From assembly GCA_003427395.1 (NCBI GenBank), contig BFEA01000007.1, forward strand, positions 1,217,285 to 1,281,284: 64,000 nt of DNA, read 5' to 3'. This stretch comes from Chara braunii. Taxonomy: Eukaryota; Plantae; Charophyceae. The notes under the pieces are model-generated. The model made no database searches. It had not been told where the DNA came from and was given only the letters and a program-made list of their open reading frames with translations. Both the position numbers and the translations under genes were made by a program. Position 1 is the first letter of the stretch; every line of letters starts with the position of its first letter. Positions 39,001 through 51,648 of the stretch are shown here, in pieces.

Positions 39001-39119
39001 TTGTGTGATCGACTGATTGAAAAGAACGTTCTCTGAAAGAAGCTGTTCCATTGCACTTAGCTGACGGTAAATTGTTGTTCGGCCTTTTTTTGTGAATGTG
39101 CGTGCAGTTGTTTCGAGTT

Positions 39120-39600
39120 TCAGCGCGCTGTGAATGGGGAAGCGCACGTTCATTCTTGGAGCCGAAGGGGAGTCTTATTCTGTTTGCGTTGCCCTAGGAG
39201 TTGAGGGCGCGGCGGGATTTCGGTGTGAGACGACGATAATCAGGTGATGGGGGATCCTTGGTCTAGGACTTGCGCCGATTTGCGCTCAGCGCGCTGTGAA
39301 TGGGGAAGCGGGGCATTCATTCGTGCGGCCTAAGTGGAGTGCTTCCTGTTTGTCTTGCTCCAGGAGATGAGGGCACGGCGGCGTTTTCGACGATCATGAT
39401 GTGATTGGGGCCTCTTGGTCGAGGACTTGCGCGGATTGCGTGGGGAAAAATCGTGTCGGCGTGCTGTGATTGGGGAAGCGGGCATTCATGGTTGCAGCGC
39501 AAGTGAAGTCCTTCCTGTTCGCCTTGCTCTAGTAGGACACGGCGACATTTTCGTGTGAGACGACGGACTCTTCGTCGAGGACTTGCGCGGATTCGCGTGG
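39120..39600 (+). repeat. ~167-bp diverged tandem repeat, ~3 copies
   Basis: GCTGTGA[A/T]TGGGGAAGCG...AGGACTTGCGC recurs. Confidence 0.75.
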
Positions 39601-40585
39601 TGGGGAAAGTTGTCTTGGCGCGTTGTGAAGGAGGAAGTGTGCACTCACGTAAAGCGAAGGGAAGTTGATCTGCTTGCCTGGCTCTATAGGAGGGGTGAGG
39701 GAACGTTGGAGATTTGCGGGACGGAGATGGAGGTGGGGGAATGGGGACTCTGCACTCGGACTCTGGCGGATGTGCTTGCAGGAGCATGTGCGGATGCAGT
39801 TTTCCCTTTGACTGTTTGGACATGGGAAACTGCTGTGATGTTGAGGAACGCGTACGACCTCGTGACGAGTCGTTTTGCTCGGTTGTTGCTCCCTTCTTTT
39901 TCTGTTGATGGCCTCAGTTAACGTCGCAGTTCGCTCGCTGTTGTCCTCGTTATCTTTCCTTAGAGATTAGGTGGCGGTCTTGAGAACCTCGTTGTCTTTC
40001 CAAACGGAGAACTCTATTTGTTCCAAATGATGTATTATTAGGTTACAACGAGGTTTTGCGCTTTCGCATCGCCAACTACTGTTTGAAACAGTCGGAATCC
40101 AAAAAAAAAATTCGAGAGAGAAATCCAAATTTTTAATCTGTTTGCGCTGTCAATCTGAAATGATGCTTTCTGGATGGACACCTCAGGACGTGTTCAGCGC
40201 GAACGGAAATGGTTTTCGTCGACACGCTGGAAGGACGTGCTGCTTCCATCGGAAGCAACGGCCTGAAGAAGATCGGCAGACGCTTTGTGAAAAGAGCCCT
40301 TTATGTCCAAGGGCGCGCCACCGCAGGATGTGTTGTATTTGAGACCATGAGGCCTTTACTATTGTTGGAGTCGATAAAAAGCCTACGTGGCTGTGCGTGT
40401 CAAGCAGCGTTCTGTTGTTTTCCCCGTCCGGTACAGTCGTGCGTTGGGTTGTTTGGGGGAACTTGAAGAGAGTACCGAAGTCTTGTTTTTTGGCATTGTG
40501 TTCCTTTAGGCACGGAAGTCGCAAGCCGATTCAACTCGTAAGACTCTGATGGCAAATGAACTCCGCGTTAAAACCACCAGGGAAT

Positions 40586-40767
40586 CATGTCAATACCTTT
40601 CTCGGCCTCTAGGCTAATAAGAGATAAAGTGTAAGTGTTTCTGATGTGTATTCGGACCTCAGCAAAAAAACACACACATGTCAATACCTTTCTCGGCCTC
40701 TAGGCTAATAAGATAGTGTTAAGTGTTTATGATGTGTATCCGGACCTGAGCAAAAAAACACACACAC
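40586..40767 (+). repeat. ~91-bp tandem duplication
   Basis: CATGTCAATACCTTTCTCGGCCTCTAGGCTAATAAGA occurs twice. Confidence 0.85.
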
Positions 40768-42679
40768 TGCGCGTGAAATCAATGAAAGTGGGAAGCTGAA
40801 ATATCACTGTGGAAAAAGAAAGGCAGTGATCTTATGTGCTGTGCGTCGCAGCTCAAGCAAGTGCCTATGCTGTTCTTGATCAGTTTAATATCCGATCCGT
40901 GGTCCGTCGGGCCATATTAAAAAAGCAGTTATGTCCATCAATAAATTATTCCACATGTGAGTCGTGAGCATGCTTTCGTTTGAATTTGAACACACTCCTT
41001 GCCAAATTTGGGAAAGACAAAATTCAAATTGGCCATATTGACATTTGAATTTGCCTTGCCCAATCGTTGTCGCAGATGATTTTCTCTCATAGTCACACCC
41101 GGGCAAACAGTTGAGGAGAGTAGCGAACGACGTGTTCGAAGAAGAGAGATGGGGGTCGCGCCACTAACTCACCGAACGTGCAAATTTAGAATGAATCTCC
41201 TTCCAGAACATGGAAAGATGCACCGTCGTATTCTCGTCTTTTCTGGATGTGGAGAGTAATGGAGCGAAGCCCATGGACAGTGCATGGCACACGGAGGAGC
41301 GTGTTGGTAGATCGATGCAGTTGGCCATTCACGCCCGGGCATTCGGGAAATACGGAAAACTCACGTGAGCTACGTACTTGCGCTCAGCACAAGTACGTAT
41401 TGTTTAGTGAAAGGCGAAAGCATAGTACGCCCACCCAGCCGGGCACGCAGCCATTGTGATTCGTGCGTAAAATATCAGTTTTTGGAGTTTTGTGCGCATG
41501 GCATCTGGTACCGGATGTCGCGAAGCAACTGGGAACGTCAGTAGTCTGGTACCGGATGTCGCGAAGCAACTGGGAACGTCAGTACAGATGAGAACGGAAG
41601 TCCGCGTGATACCTGTGCTGATCGAGTGCGAGTGTGAGTGGGTTGTGTGTGGTGTGTGGGAGGGTGTTGGCCTTAGACACTGCTGTTATGCGGGCTGTTG
41701 GGGGTTGGGGACGATGAAAAGGGAGGCGCAGCTACTTTAGGAAAAATGATGGGTCTTTGCGTTAGCCGGACCCCCACCGGCGGAGCCACACCCCATCCTT
41801 GACCACCATGGTTGAGCCGGGGGGGCAACAGGCATCCCGTCTGACGGCTGGGGGGAGAGGAGACACCAAAGCTATGTTCGCAGGGGTGCCCTGTATAAGC
41901 CTTAGGAGTGGTGGTAGGCAGGTTGTCAAGATGAATAGAAAGAATTTGGAAGGTGATGAAAGATTTGGGAGAGAACGTAGCGTAGTTATAAAACTAACGA
42001 ACGAAAAACGAGTCTAAAGATAGACGGAATTCACCTCTACTCTATTTTCTAATCACAACGTTATTCGATTGCAAAGTAGCCAAAGTCACCAAGACGTCCC
42101 GGTCCCTCCCTTAATTGCGAGAGGTGGCTACGCTCGCAGAGGTCCCCTGTAAAGGCTTAGGAATTGTGGATGGTAGGTAGGTAGTGAAAGCTGGAATTGA
42201 GAGAGAGAGAGAAGAAAAAAGAGCTGAGCACATTCCGGCTGCAACTCGAACAACATTGTTTGTCTATTGGCCCCTTCATGTCGTGTAGCAAGTAAACCAA
42301 TCGCATCGCAGCCTGGTAGCTGTTGTGTGTCATTTTTTTCTGTCTGTTGGACCCTTGGGCTTTGTAGCAAACAGGGTGCTCACAAGCGTTCACTTAGAAA
42401 GTCGGTTGGTGAGGGAGGGCCTTGCCAAAGTCGGTGATGGCGTTCTGGACATCGCAGGTACAGGACGTCGGCAACGTCAGTGCAAAATTGCAAATGATGT
42501 ACAGACGGGCGTAGCTGCATTGACTACTCGCAAAATGTGCGAAATGAGAACGAGGGTCACATCACAGTGGAAAAGAAGAAATAACGAAAGTATCTTCCCA
42601 AGAAAGTGGTGAGATGCATCCGTTGCTTTTGCCAGTAACGGATGCATCTAGCCATTGGGCCTATCTCTGCACTAGTCTC

Positions 42680-43160
42680 TAAATGTGCAAAACGAGAGTG
42701 AATCTTCCGGTAGAATATGGAAAAATACACGGCAATGATTTTTGTCTTTTGTGCATTTCAAGAGCAGTGCAGCGAGGGCCATCTCAGGGGGAAGAAGGGG
42801 CACTCGTACGTCTTTCGTTTCGACAGTGGTGTGGCGAGGTCCTGAGGCGCTCGCTGCGCTACAGAACACCAGGCCATCTCGGGACGCTTTCTTGACCGGA
42901 CACATGCACAACGTCGGAATCTTCCGAATGCATCTGGTCCCTAAAGCGTCCAAATGCATGTCCAGTGTTGTGCAGTGGAGGGAGGCGCCGAGTCGTCTCA
43001 GTCTGTCTGTCACTCTTGTCAGAGGGGTCGCTATGGCGAGTTTTGGTATAGGGCCGCCGCGCTCCACTATTCACGACATGCACAAAAGACAAAACAATAT
43101 GGCGGTGGATGTCTCTTCCCAGGTTTTTGCGGAAGATTCATTCTCATTTCGTGCATTTTG
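42680..43160. mobile_element. MITE-like element with ~80-bp imperfect terminal inverted repeats
   Basis: 42680-42760 matches the reverse complement of 43075-43160. Confidence 0.5.
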
Positions 43161-43361
43161 GTGAGTAGCGGAGCGAATGATATGCAATGACAAACAACTG
43201 CGTGACGTTGCCGACGTCCTGTTCTGCGAGGTCTGCAACGCCATCGCCGGCTTTTTGAGGTCCGCAAGTCCTCGCCGATTTTCATGAGAAAAGAAGTGGC
43301 CGGCCGGAAGGCGTATGGTGTGTATGAACAGAATCGACGAAGTAGACAGAGAGCCTCGCTC

Positions 43362-43478
43362 GACTACCTTCTTCCCCCGAATACAACGTACGGTCATTAT
43401 AGCTGTATTTGAGGCATCTTTCAGTCTAGATACAGCTATAAAATGACCGTACGTTGTATTCGGGGGAAGAAGGTAGTC
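43362..43478. repeat. Long hairpin with perfect 37-bp arms plus an inner stem
   Basis: GACTACCTTCTTCCCCCGAATACAACGTACGGTCATT pairs with 43442-43478. A partial copy lies at ~43877-43950. Confidence 0.9.
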
Positions 43479-44143
43479 TCGATATGCAAGGGAAGACCAG
43501 AAACGAAACCATGGCGGTGTATCTTTTCATGCTCTAGGGGAAGATACACTCTCGTTCGTTTTCAAAAAAAAGGAAAAGAAAAAACAAGGAGGAAAACAAA
43601 TGGAACATTTTGTTTTGACTGTTTAGAACAGTTAAATACGATTCGTCCCGACTGCATATACAGCGTTTAAGCGCCCTCCGCTGTTGTTGCAGGCATCTCC
43701 AGAAACAACCCTTGAAATGTATCTGGACGGAAAGACCGCTATTATACGTTTCATACCTGCTCATGCCGGCGGATGTGAATGCGCCACAAATGTTTTTCTC
43801 CTTACATTCTTTTCCAGCGACGTTTCAGTGTCCTACAGCTCTGGCGCGGGTAGACCGACATCTTATCCCACGGTGGCTACCTTCTTTCCCCGAATACAAC
43901 GTACGGGCTTTATAGCTGTGCGGGAGCCATCTTTCCGTCTCGATACAGCTCTATTCACCGTAGTGGGAGCGAGCTCCCCTGAAGGAGAAATGTGAGTATC
44001 ATGGCAGCCCTTTGCTTATTCCACATGCATTTGTAAAAAAAATGAAAAAAAACAGAACAGTCGCACGGTTATACAAATCAAGTCAAGGCAAGAAGGCCGT
44101 TTTCCCAACTACCGGTAGTTGCAGAAAGAGTACCCAGGGGTGA

Positions 44144-44272
44144 GGTCCCACTAGCAAAAAGGATTGGATTGAAAGCCTGAATCTGGCCGCGTTTGTGGAC
44201 AAGTGCAGAAAATCGAGATTGAACTCCGCCCAGATTCAGGATCTTAATCCCATCCCCGTTGCTAGTGGGACC
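44144..44272. mobile_element. 129-bp MITE-like inverted repeat
   Basis: GGTCCCACTAGCAA...TTGCTAGTGGGACC with an inner CCTGAATCTGG/CCAGATTCAGG pair. Confidence 0.6.
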
Positions 44273-44458
44273 GTGCTCTAGGAGGCGCTACTCACACTCG
44301 GGAGTTTTCAAAATGAAACTGACCGCGATTACGGCGAGATGCAAAGCACGGCAATCACGTCCAACCGTGCTCTAGGAGGCGCTACTCACACTCGGGAGTT
44401 TTCAAAATGAATCTGACGGCGATTACGGCGAGATGCATAGCACGGCAATCACGTCCAA
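44270..44458 (+). repeat. 94-bp tandem duplication
   Basis: ACCGTGCTCTAGGAGGCGCTACTCACAC occurs twice. Confidence 0.88.
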
Positions 44459-44627
44459 GAATAAGCAAGAAGGTTCTAGTGCGAGCATTTGCCCCAAGGA
44501 GGATCTACGCGTAGCGTGTTGGGCGCGCTATGTCGTCCAGTTGTCGACCGATGCACTGCGCTTTTTTTTTACGTCCCGAACCAGCCAGCTATCAGAATTG
44601 TTTTCTTTCGTTTTGTTGGGGAAAAAA

Positions 44628-44662
<35 letters not shown>

Positions 44663-45399
44663 GAGAAGAATTGTTTTCTTTCTTTTTTTCATAATGTAAG
44701 TTTTTTTTCTTGCTTCAATTTTGTACAAAGCATCTGGTCATTTCGCAGAAAAAGAAGTTAACGCGGTTCTAGGGCTCAACTAGACCACGCCGAGAAGCAG
44801 TGTGCGACGGGGGGAAAAAAAGAAAAAATTCGTGCACGACGGGGGGAAGGGGGGCTGTCACATCTACGGTGCGAAGTTCGCGGAAGGGTCGCACATGCCT
44901 GACCGTCTTCCACGAAGATAACGCACCCTGAAAATGAAATCATACGAGGTAAGTTTCCGTCCTCCTTCCGTGAAAACGAGGGTGCGTTTGTGATCGAGGG
45001 AAAACGGTAGTCGGTGTGTGTGGGTAGGAAGAGGAGAATAAGAAGGCAAAAGAAGAGAGGAAGAAGATAGAAGCCGAACGAAGAAGGTAGCAACTGGAAG
45101 AGGAGAGGCGGGAAGAGAAGATTCAAAGGATGTTTGCCGAATCCGAATAAAGAATGATCGAGGAATGGGATAGAAGAGACAAAAAGATTGAAGCAGCGCA
45201 GCTACGAATGATAGTGGCGGTTTCAAGGGATCTCACTGCGTAACTTCAGAGCAGAGATGAGAACCGAAATCCAAATGGCACTGGCGGTGAGCTCTAAGAC
45301 GCCGAAAAGGGACAGAGAAGTATAAGCGTGCGGGCTGGATGCTACGGACGATGGATCAAAGTTACCATCGAAAAGCGCAAAGGGGGAGCGAACAAGGAA

Positions 45400-47745
45400 G
45401 TCCTACGCAATAATGGATGATTGGGAGGAGGAAGCGAGAGTCATGTCAAGGGCAGATTATGATAAAAGATTGAGGAGAAAGATTGGCATGCCGTTGAAGA
45501 ATGCTCCTGGTGCAAGGGAAACTCCTGTTTTTGGTATCAAAGGGAATATAGTGCAGAATGTCGTGGATACTAGAGCTAAGCTCATGGTGAAGGAATGGCG
45601 GGAAATCAAGAAGTTACGTGAGGCGAGGGACATCACCTACATCTCGAAGGAGCAAGGTGTTCGTGAGATACTGAACAGATCGGCGTGGGGTAATGACGAC
45701 GGGTTCTCGGAAGAGACATGAGAGTGCAAAGACATCCAAGGCCAATGACGGTTTGTGCCCCCGGTACAACTCATCAAGGCTTACATCGTCATTCTTTTTC
45801 TTTGGGAACAACGATTTGGGGGCACACAAGAGTATCAAAACTGAGAATGATAACTGAGAAAGCCTCTACTGCTTGCAAAGTGTTGATAGCATTATTAGGC
45901 CATGTCCCGAGGGCGAGGAAGTTCCTAGACTTAGTGTGACAAAATTGGAAATGGTATGATTTTAAGCAACCGGTAGTGTACTGTCATGTCTCGCCATGGT
46001 GCAAGAGTATCAAAACTGAGAATGATAACTGAGAAAGCCTCTACTGCTTGCAAAGTGTTGATAGCATTATTAGGCCATGTCCCGAGGGCGAGGAAGTTCC
46101 TAGACTTAGTGTGACAAAATTGGAAATGGTATGATTTTAAGCAACCGGTAGTGTACTGTCATGTCTCGCCATGGTGCATGAAAGCGTATATTGGTAGGTC
46201 CATTAGAGTTGTGGCCGAAAGATGGTGGGAACAAGTCGTTAGGTGCACGACATCAAGAACGGAGGATAGAGCGTCTTTGCTTTACAAGTGGCTGGGAAAA
46301 TCCAGTTGGAGAAGATATGTTGTTATTCCTATTGCTACTTCGGAAGTCAGTGGACTAGGGTACTTAGAGAAGAAACTCATAAAAAGGTTTTCCCCGTCAC
46401 TTAACATGGTAGGTGCAAGACATAAAGGGAACGCGACGAAGATACCGGGAAGAAGGGAAAGACAATCGCCGGTAGCTAAAGGCAAGGAAAAGGATGTGGC
46501 GAAGCGGACACGCATTATTGTTTTTCGGAAGAAATAGTAGTTCCCTTGGTAATACTAGCTTACATGTGTTTGGACTCACACTACAGAGAGGGAAAAAAAC
46601 AGATTCAGATCGTTAGCGAAGTTGGCAAAATCTGGGGAGAGGACTGGTCGTTAGTAAAGAGATTGTTTGGTACCTCGACAGTTGTAACATAGGCAGGAAA
46701 GATAGCTCTATCCCACACAAAAACTTGGTTTGAGGATAGGGTTTACTTTTGGATTGCCCCCATCGTCCTCACAAAAAACTCGAGGGACCGAGGGAAAGGG
46801 TATCTACGACAACTATTAGAAATGCCTTTCAAGCGGAAGGAATTGTCGATTTTGTCTGTGGATAGACTTATGTATCTCTAACACTGTGCTAGTTCGTTCA
46901 AGGAAAAGGAAAAGAGGAGAACGATCAAAGACTTCCTAGGAAAGGTAGTGGGTAAGAAAGCTTGTGTAAATATCCGGAAGCGGATCACTGTTTGGACTAG
47001 GTTCAGTAGCGAGGTAACATGAATGTAGCTGAGAAGCCGGAATTAACATGTACGTGCAAACACTATGATCTGCCCGTCCTTAGTGGCCACATACTCGCAA
47101 GGATAGCAGATATCCAAGGGTTGTCAGCCCTGACTCTCAACGGTAAGATCGTCGTCCGTCCCAGATTCGATACGATGGAGGAAGAAGTCAACGAGCTCCA
47201 GACTGATAGTTGCTTCACGTCAGAGCGGAACGAGCGCGGCGATTCGGATGAAGGGTTGGTCTTCGCCGTCAAAAGACAGTTCAAGAACCTGCTGCAAGTT
47301 GATAGGAATGCAAGTGACCAGGTGCTGATGTGTCCCTCCAAGTACCATCACGGCCTGGATAAGATGTTTTCCTGGAGCGTGACATACGATGAGGTTAACA
47401 ACAGCGAGTCAAAAACGTTGAAGAAGATGAAGCGGGAGTTTGTAACTCGGGACCTGCACAAGTTGGTGAAATGGGACTCAAGAGAGAAGATGGGTAAACC
47501 GTACGTGTTGCCCAAGCACAAGGACCTTACAAGGACCTTGAGCGATGGCGGACCATTGCCCCTACTTGTAGCGAACCCACAATGACCGCGAGCCGATGGG
47601 TTGTGAGAGCTCTCAACCACCTTTTGAAGAAGTTATCCGGGGCTTGGCATTTCAACGTTACTGCAACGACCATGCTCAAGCAAGACTTGGAGAGAGCGGA
47701 GAAGTCACATATGTTTAACGAAGTGACGATGACGCTGTGTGGTCA
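45400..47745 (+). mobile_element. Penelope-like retroelement remnant: GIY-YIG endonuclease upstream of a truncated RT
   Basis: VVY...KAYIGRS..R..E...LEKKLIKRFSPSLN at 46150-46405. PLE RT N-terminal motif PYVLPKHKD...RWRPI at ~47500-47560. Contains a 175-bp duplication (45827-46176). Confidence 0.8.
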
Positions 47746-48377
47746 CATTCTTGAATCGTTCTTGATTCCGTTCTTGAATCCGTTCTCGATCCCGTTTAAC
47801 ATGCCCACGGTCTTGATCTTGTTCATGATCACACACCTTCTTCTTTTTTTTCCTTCTTCGAAACCCGAACAGTGGCGCAAAGAGGATCAATTTCCTTGAC
47901 TACGGCTCCTCACCTTCTCCCATCGGTAAAATTCTCTACGTTTTCTAGGGCTGCCGTTTGTTCGCACTTTACTAGATCCACCCTTTCTCGATCGGTCATC
48001 CCAACAGAACTGCGGCCCCTCTGCTACTCCGACCCTCCTTGTGCCCCCATCTATTCACTCGATGTAGCGGACCTCTGGTTGGCCTATGAGACCAACCCCT
48101 TGGCCTGTTCACACATGCCTGTGTTGTATTCGGGGTAGTGCAGTGCAGTCCAGTCCAGTACCTCTGTCGATACCAGCCAGTCCAGTCTAGTCCCGTCAGT
48201 CCGCTGGGGTATACCCCAAATGTTGTCTGTTTTCTGATTCATTCTGCATTCGCACAGTTTGGAGTATGTGCGTTGGAGTCAGGCGTGGGAGCTGCGCTGT
48301 GCCATCTCGCTCCCCCTTCTTCCTCCATCTCCATCTTTGTCCCAGGCGGAGCACCACACCTGGTGGGTCCGCCACAC

Positions 48378-48390
48378 TGGTATCGGAGCC
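48378..48390 (+). promoter_or_regulatory. PBS TGGTATCGGAGCC after ...GCCACA; LTR end of an unrelated, truncated retroelement
   Basis: Canonical CA-N-TGG arrangement; no coding region follows. Confidence 0.5.
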
Positions 48391-49809
48391 GGAACGCTCC
48401 TCGCTCCCACCCACCACCCCGCATAGCAGGGAAAACCGCCCCGCACAACAGGGAAAATAGCAAAACCCGATACCAGGGTTTTTGGCTGTTTTCCGGGCGG
48501 CTTTTGATGAAAACGAGGGAAAACAAACGCTGTAGCAGGAGAGCGACACGTGGCGAAAAAAACACGTGCCGTCACGATCGCGTGCGCACAAGCGCCAAGG
48601 CCAAGGCCGCCGTACGCGCGCGCCACGTGCCCACGCTGCCTCGCCCCGCCCTGCTCCTGGACTATGCCAAAGTCGCCGCACGAGCGCGTCACGCGCTCAC
48701 GCTTCCCCGCTGCCCCGCCTCGCCCCGCTCCCGGATTATATTATAAAGATCCGAGATTTTGCTGCTGTCGGGGTTTGAACCCGGGCAGCTGTTGGGCTTG
48801 CGCGTGCGTAGCTGTCGTGGTAACACACTCGCCATACTGTTTGTATGGCTTGGTAGCGTGACACACTGCTGTTGAAGAGGTGCGTGGTAGNNNNNNNNNN
48901 NNNNNNNNNNNNNNNNNNNNNNNNNNNNNNNNNNNNNNNNNNNNNNNNNNNNNNNNNNNNNNNNNNNNNNNNNNNNNNNNNNNNNNNNNNNNNNNNNNNN
49001 NNNNNNNNNNNNNNNNNNNNNNNNNNNNNNNNNNNNNNNNNNNNNNNNNNNNNNNNNNNNNNNNNNNNNNNNNNNNNNNNNNNNNNNNNNNNNNNNNNNN
49101 NNNNNNNNNNNNNNNCAGCTTGCTCTGAAGACTGAAGACCCCCCTCGCTAGGGGGCTGCACCACATTATTTTTTTACTATTTTTGTACTGCTGTTGCAGC
49201 AGCTCGAGATTCCCCCCCTGGCTAGGGGGCTGTGTGACTGTGGCAGTAGGGTGGTTGATTAAGATCTCAGCCAACCCTAGATCATCATCATCATCCTTTT
49301 TATTGCTGCGGCATCAGGCCAGCAACACCTTGAAGGCGCACAGGATCTTGGTAGTGCTTTGCTCTTGGCCAATCAAGAGTCTGGTATTATTTCTCTCCAC
49401 TAACCTACTCTCCCCCAATCCCTTTTCTCTTTCCCCCCATCATCTAATTATCCCTTCTCACTCTACCACTACCCTCCTCCCACCTTCCTCTTCATTCATC
49501 TCCCACCTCCCTACTAATCTCATTTTCCCCATTTCCCACTTCACTCTTTCTCTCTCTCCCACCTATTTCTCTCTTCTTCATCACTTTTTCATCCCCTTGG
49601 CCCCCCCTACTTCGAATTTTTCTGTTTTTTTGTTTTTCTCTTTCTTTTTGATTTAAATCTTTTCATTTCTCCAAAAGTTCGAATCATCTTATTTCCCTCC
49701 CTCCTCTCTCATTTTTTGATTTATTTTATTTTCTTTTTATTTATTCTGAAAATTTGAATTTCTTTGCTGCACCCTTAAATCTGATTAGGAGTTGGTCATT
49801 CTTGCTTTT

Positions 49810-50200
49810 CGGCACACAATTTGGACCCCGTGGGGGTAACGAAGTGCTGCTGAAATTTTCTGTTTTTCTTTCACTTAGTATTTTTCACCACATTTTGACC
49901 CCTTGGGGGTAGCGAAGTGCTGTCAAAATCTCCTCATTTTACTTAGTTTTTTTTTCTTGACGGTACACTTCGACCCCATCGGGGTAACGAAATGCTGCCA
50001 AAATATTTGAAAAATCAGACACTTCATTTCTCTCCACCTGGTCATCTACTTATTTACTTATTTATTTATTTATTTATTATTTATTTTTTAAAATTTTGAA
50101 TTTGCGGCATTTTGAAAATTTGTGTGCTTATCTTGGTCTCTCATTTCCCTTGGCACATTCTTGACCCCATGGGGGGTAGAGAAATGCTGCCGAAAATTCT
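49810..50200 (+). repeat. Four dispersed copies of the structured motif GACCCC-N2-4-GGGGTA[A/G]CGAA[G/A]TGCTG[C/T] in AT-rich DNA; possibly a retroelement 5' UTR
   Basis: Copies at ~49825, 49897, 49972 and 50163. Confidence 0.7.
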
Positions 50201-51168
50201 AAAAAAATAAATATTATTTATCTCTTCGTATTTTATTTTCTTATTTTTTAAATTATTTTTATTATTTATTTATTTCCTTATTTATTTTTATTTTTCTCCA
50301 GAATTTTTGTTGGTTATTTATTTTTCCTCCCGCATTTCCCCCCTATGCTTGCTATTTTATTCTCTTGATTAGGTAGCCGGTACCGTACCCTAACCACTCA
50401 AACTCCGGTTAGGGTTTTCTTAGGGTTTTTCTAGGGCATAGGGTTTTCCTAACCCCCCTACGTTCCCTTCTCATTCGACCACCCTGGATCCGAACTACTC
50501 CTCCCCCTTTGACGGCGCCCGCGCTTGATTTACTAGCGCCGCCTGTCGACTTCTATCGCAGAACTCCCCCCACGCCCTCCGCTCATGTGGACCTCCCCCG
50601 GGCCTCTTTAGACCGGCCCGTTACCTCCCTATGGCCGACGAAGTGTCACAAGCCGCCGAGGCGGCGACAACCTCGGCATCGGGCTCCACACCCGTGCCGA
50701 CGGACCAGGGCCATCAGCCCCAGGGGGATCTGCACACCCTCATCACCTCCCTCCTTGCGCCCTTACAGGCGCAGATGGCGACTCTTGTCGCTGGCTTGCG
50801 GCAACTCTAGGACGTTGGTCGTCCTTCCTCTTCTCACTCCCTCTCTTCTCCTGGTTCCCAGTCCGGGTCCCCCGTCCTCCGATATGGTGGCCACGACGGA
50901 GCTTCCTCCTCTGCCGCCCCCGACCCGGCCATCCTGGTGACCGTCCCCCTACTGGATATATCTGGATACGGCTTCCGTCCACATAAGGTTGACGACATCA
51001 GAAAAACACCATGTCCAACTTATTTTCAGGAAATTTCAGCATCGAGTAGCCCGAACATGCCTTACCGCAGGGGATCAACCTCGATTACAGCCACGAGCTT
51101 CACCCTGTGCTTATGAGCAAAATGAGGATGAATCCCCCCCTAGAATGCAGGCTCATGTCTCTCTCTTT

Positions 51169-51223
<55 letters not shown>

Positions 51224-51602
51224 TTCTCTCCTGCGCACTCGCGTTCTCCCACTCGCTTGGTCTGTCCGCTCAGTTTCNGAATGACGCGGTCCGAAGGGTC
51301 CCACCCTCACATTTCAAGTCACCTCCGACGGCTCCCTAGAGATTTCCGTCATTTTGCTTAGGCCGCCCTTATTTTTTAAGGGCGGATCCTACAAGTGAAG
51401 TGAAGTGAAAGAACTGACCAGCAAAATCAGTTTCTGCGTGAGAATAGTATAGCAAGATACACCCATGAAAGCCAACTATTACGCACGTTATATTTTGAGG
51501 AAAAAAACAAACCAGAGGAATCGACCGAAAGATACACCAAGTAAAAACAGGATTGATCCAACACTCGCGAGAACAAACTCGCACCACACATCACGCGGTC
51601 TC

Positions 51603-51648
51603 TCCTCAACGCATTTCGCCTACCCCGCACGTAGTCTCATCAGGAGGA
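51603..51648 (-). ncRNA. Minimal type I hammerhead ribozyme (Penelope pLTR type), slightly decayed
   Basis: Minus strand reads TCCTC-CTGATGA-GACTAC-gtgcggg-GTAGGC-GAAA-TGCG-TT-GAGGA: stem I, the catalytic core, stem II and a minimal stem III. A TATATAAG motif lies ~55 nt upstream. Confidence 0.75.
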
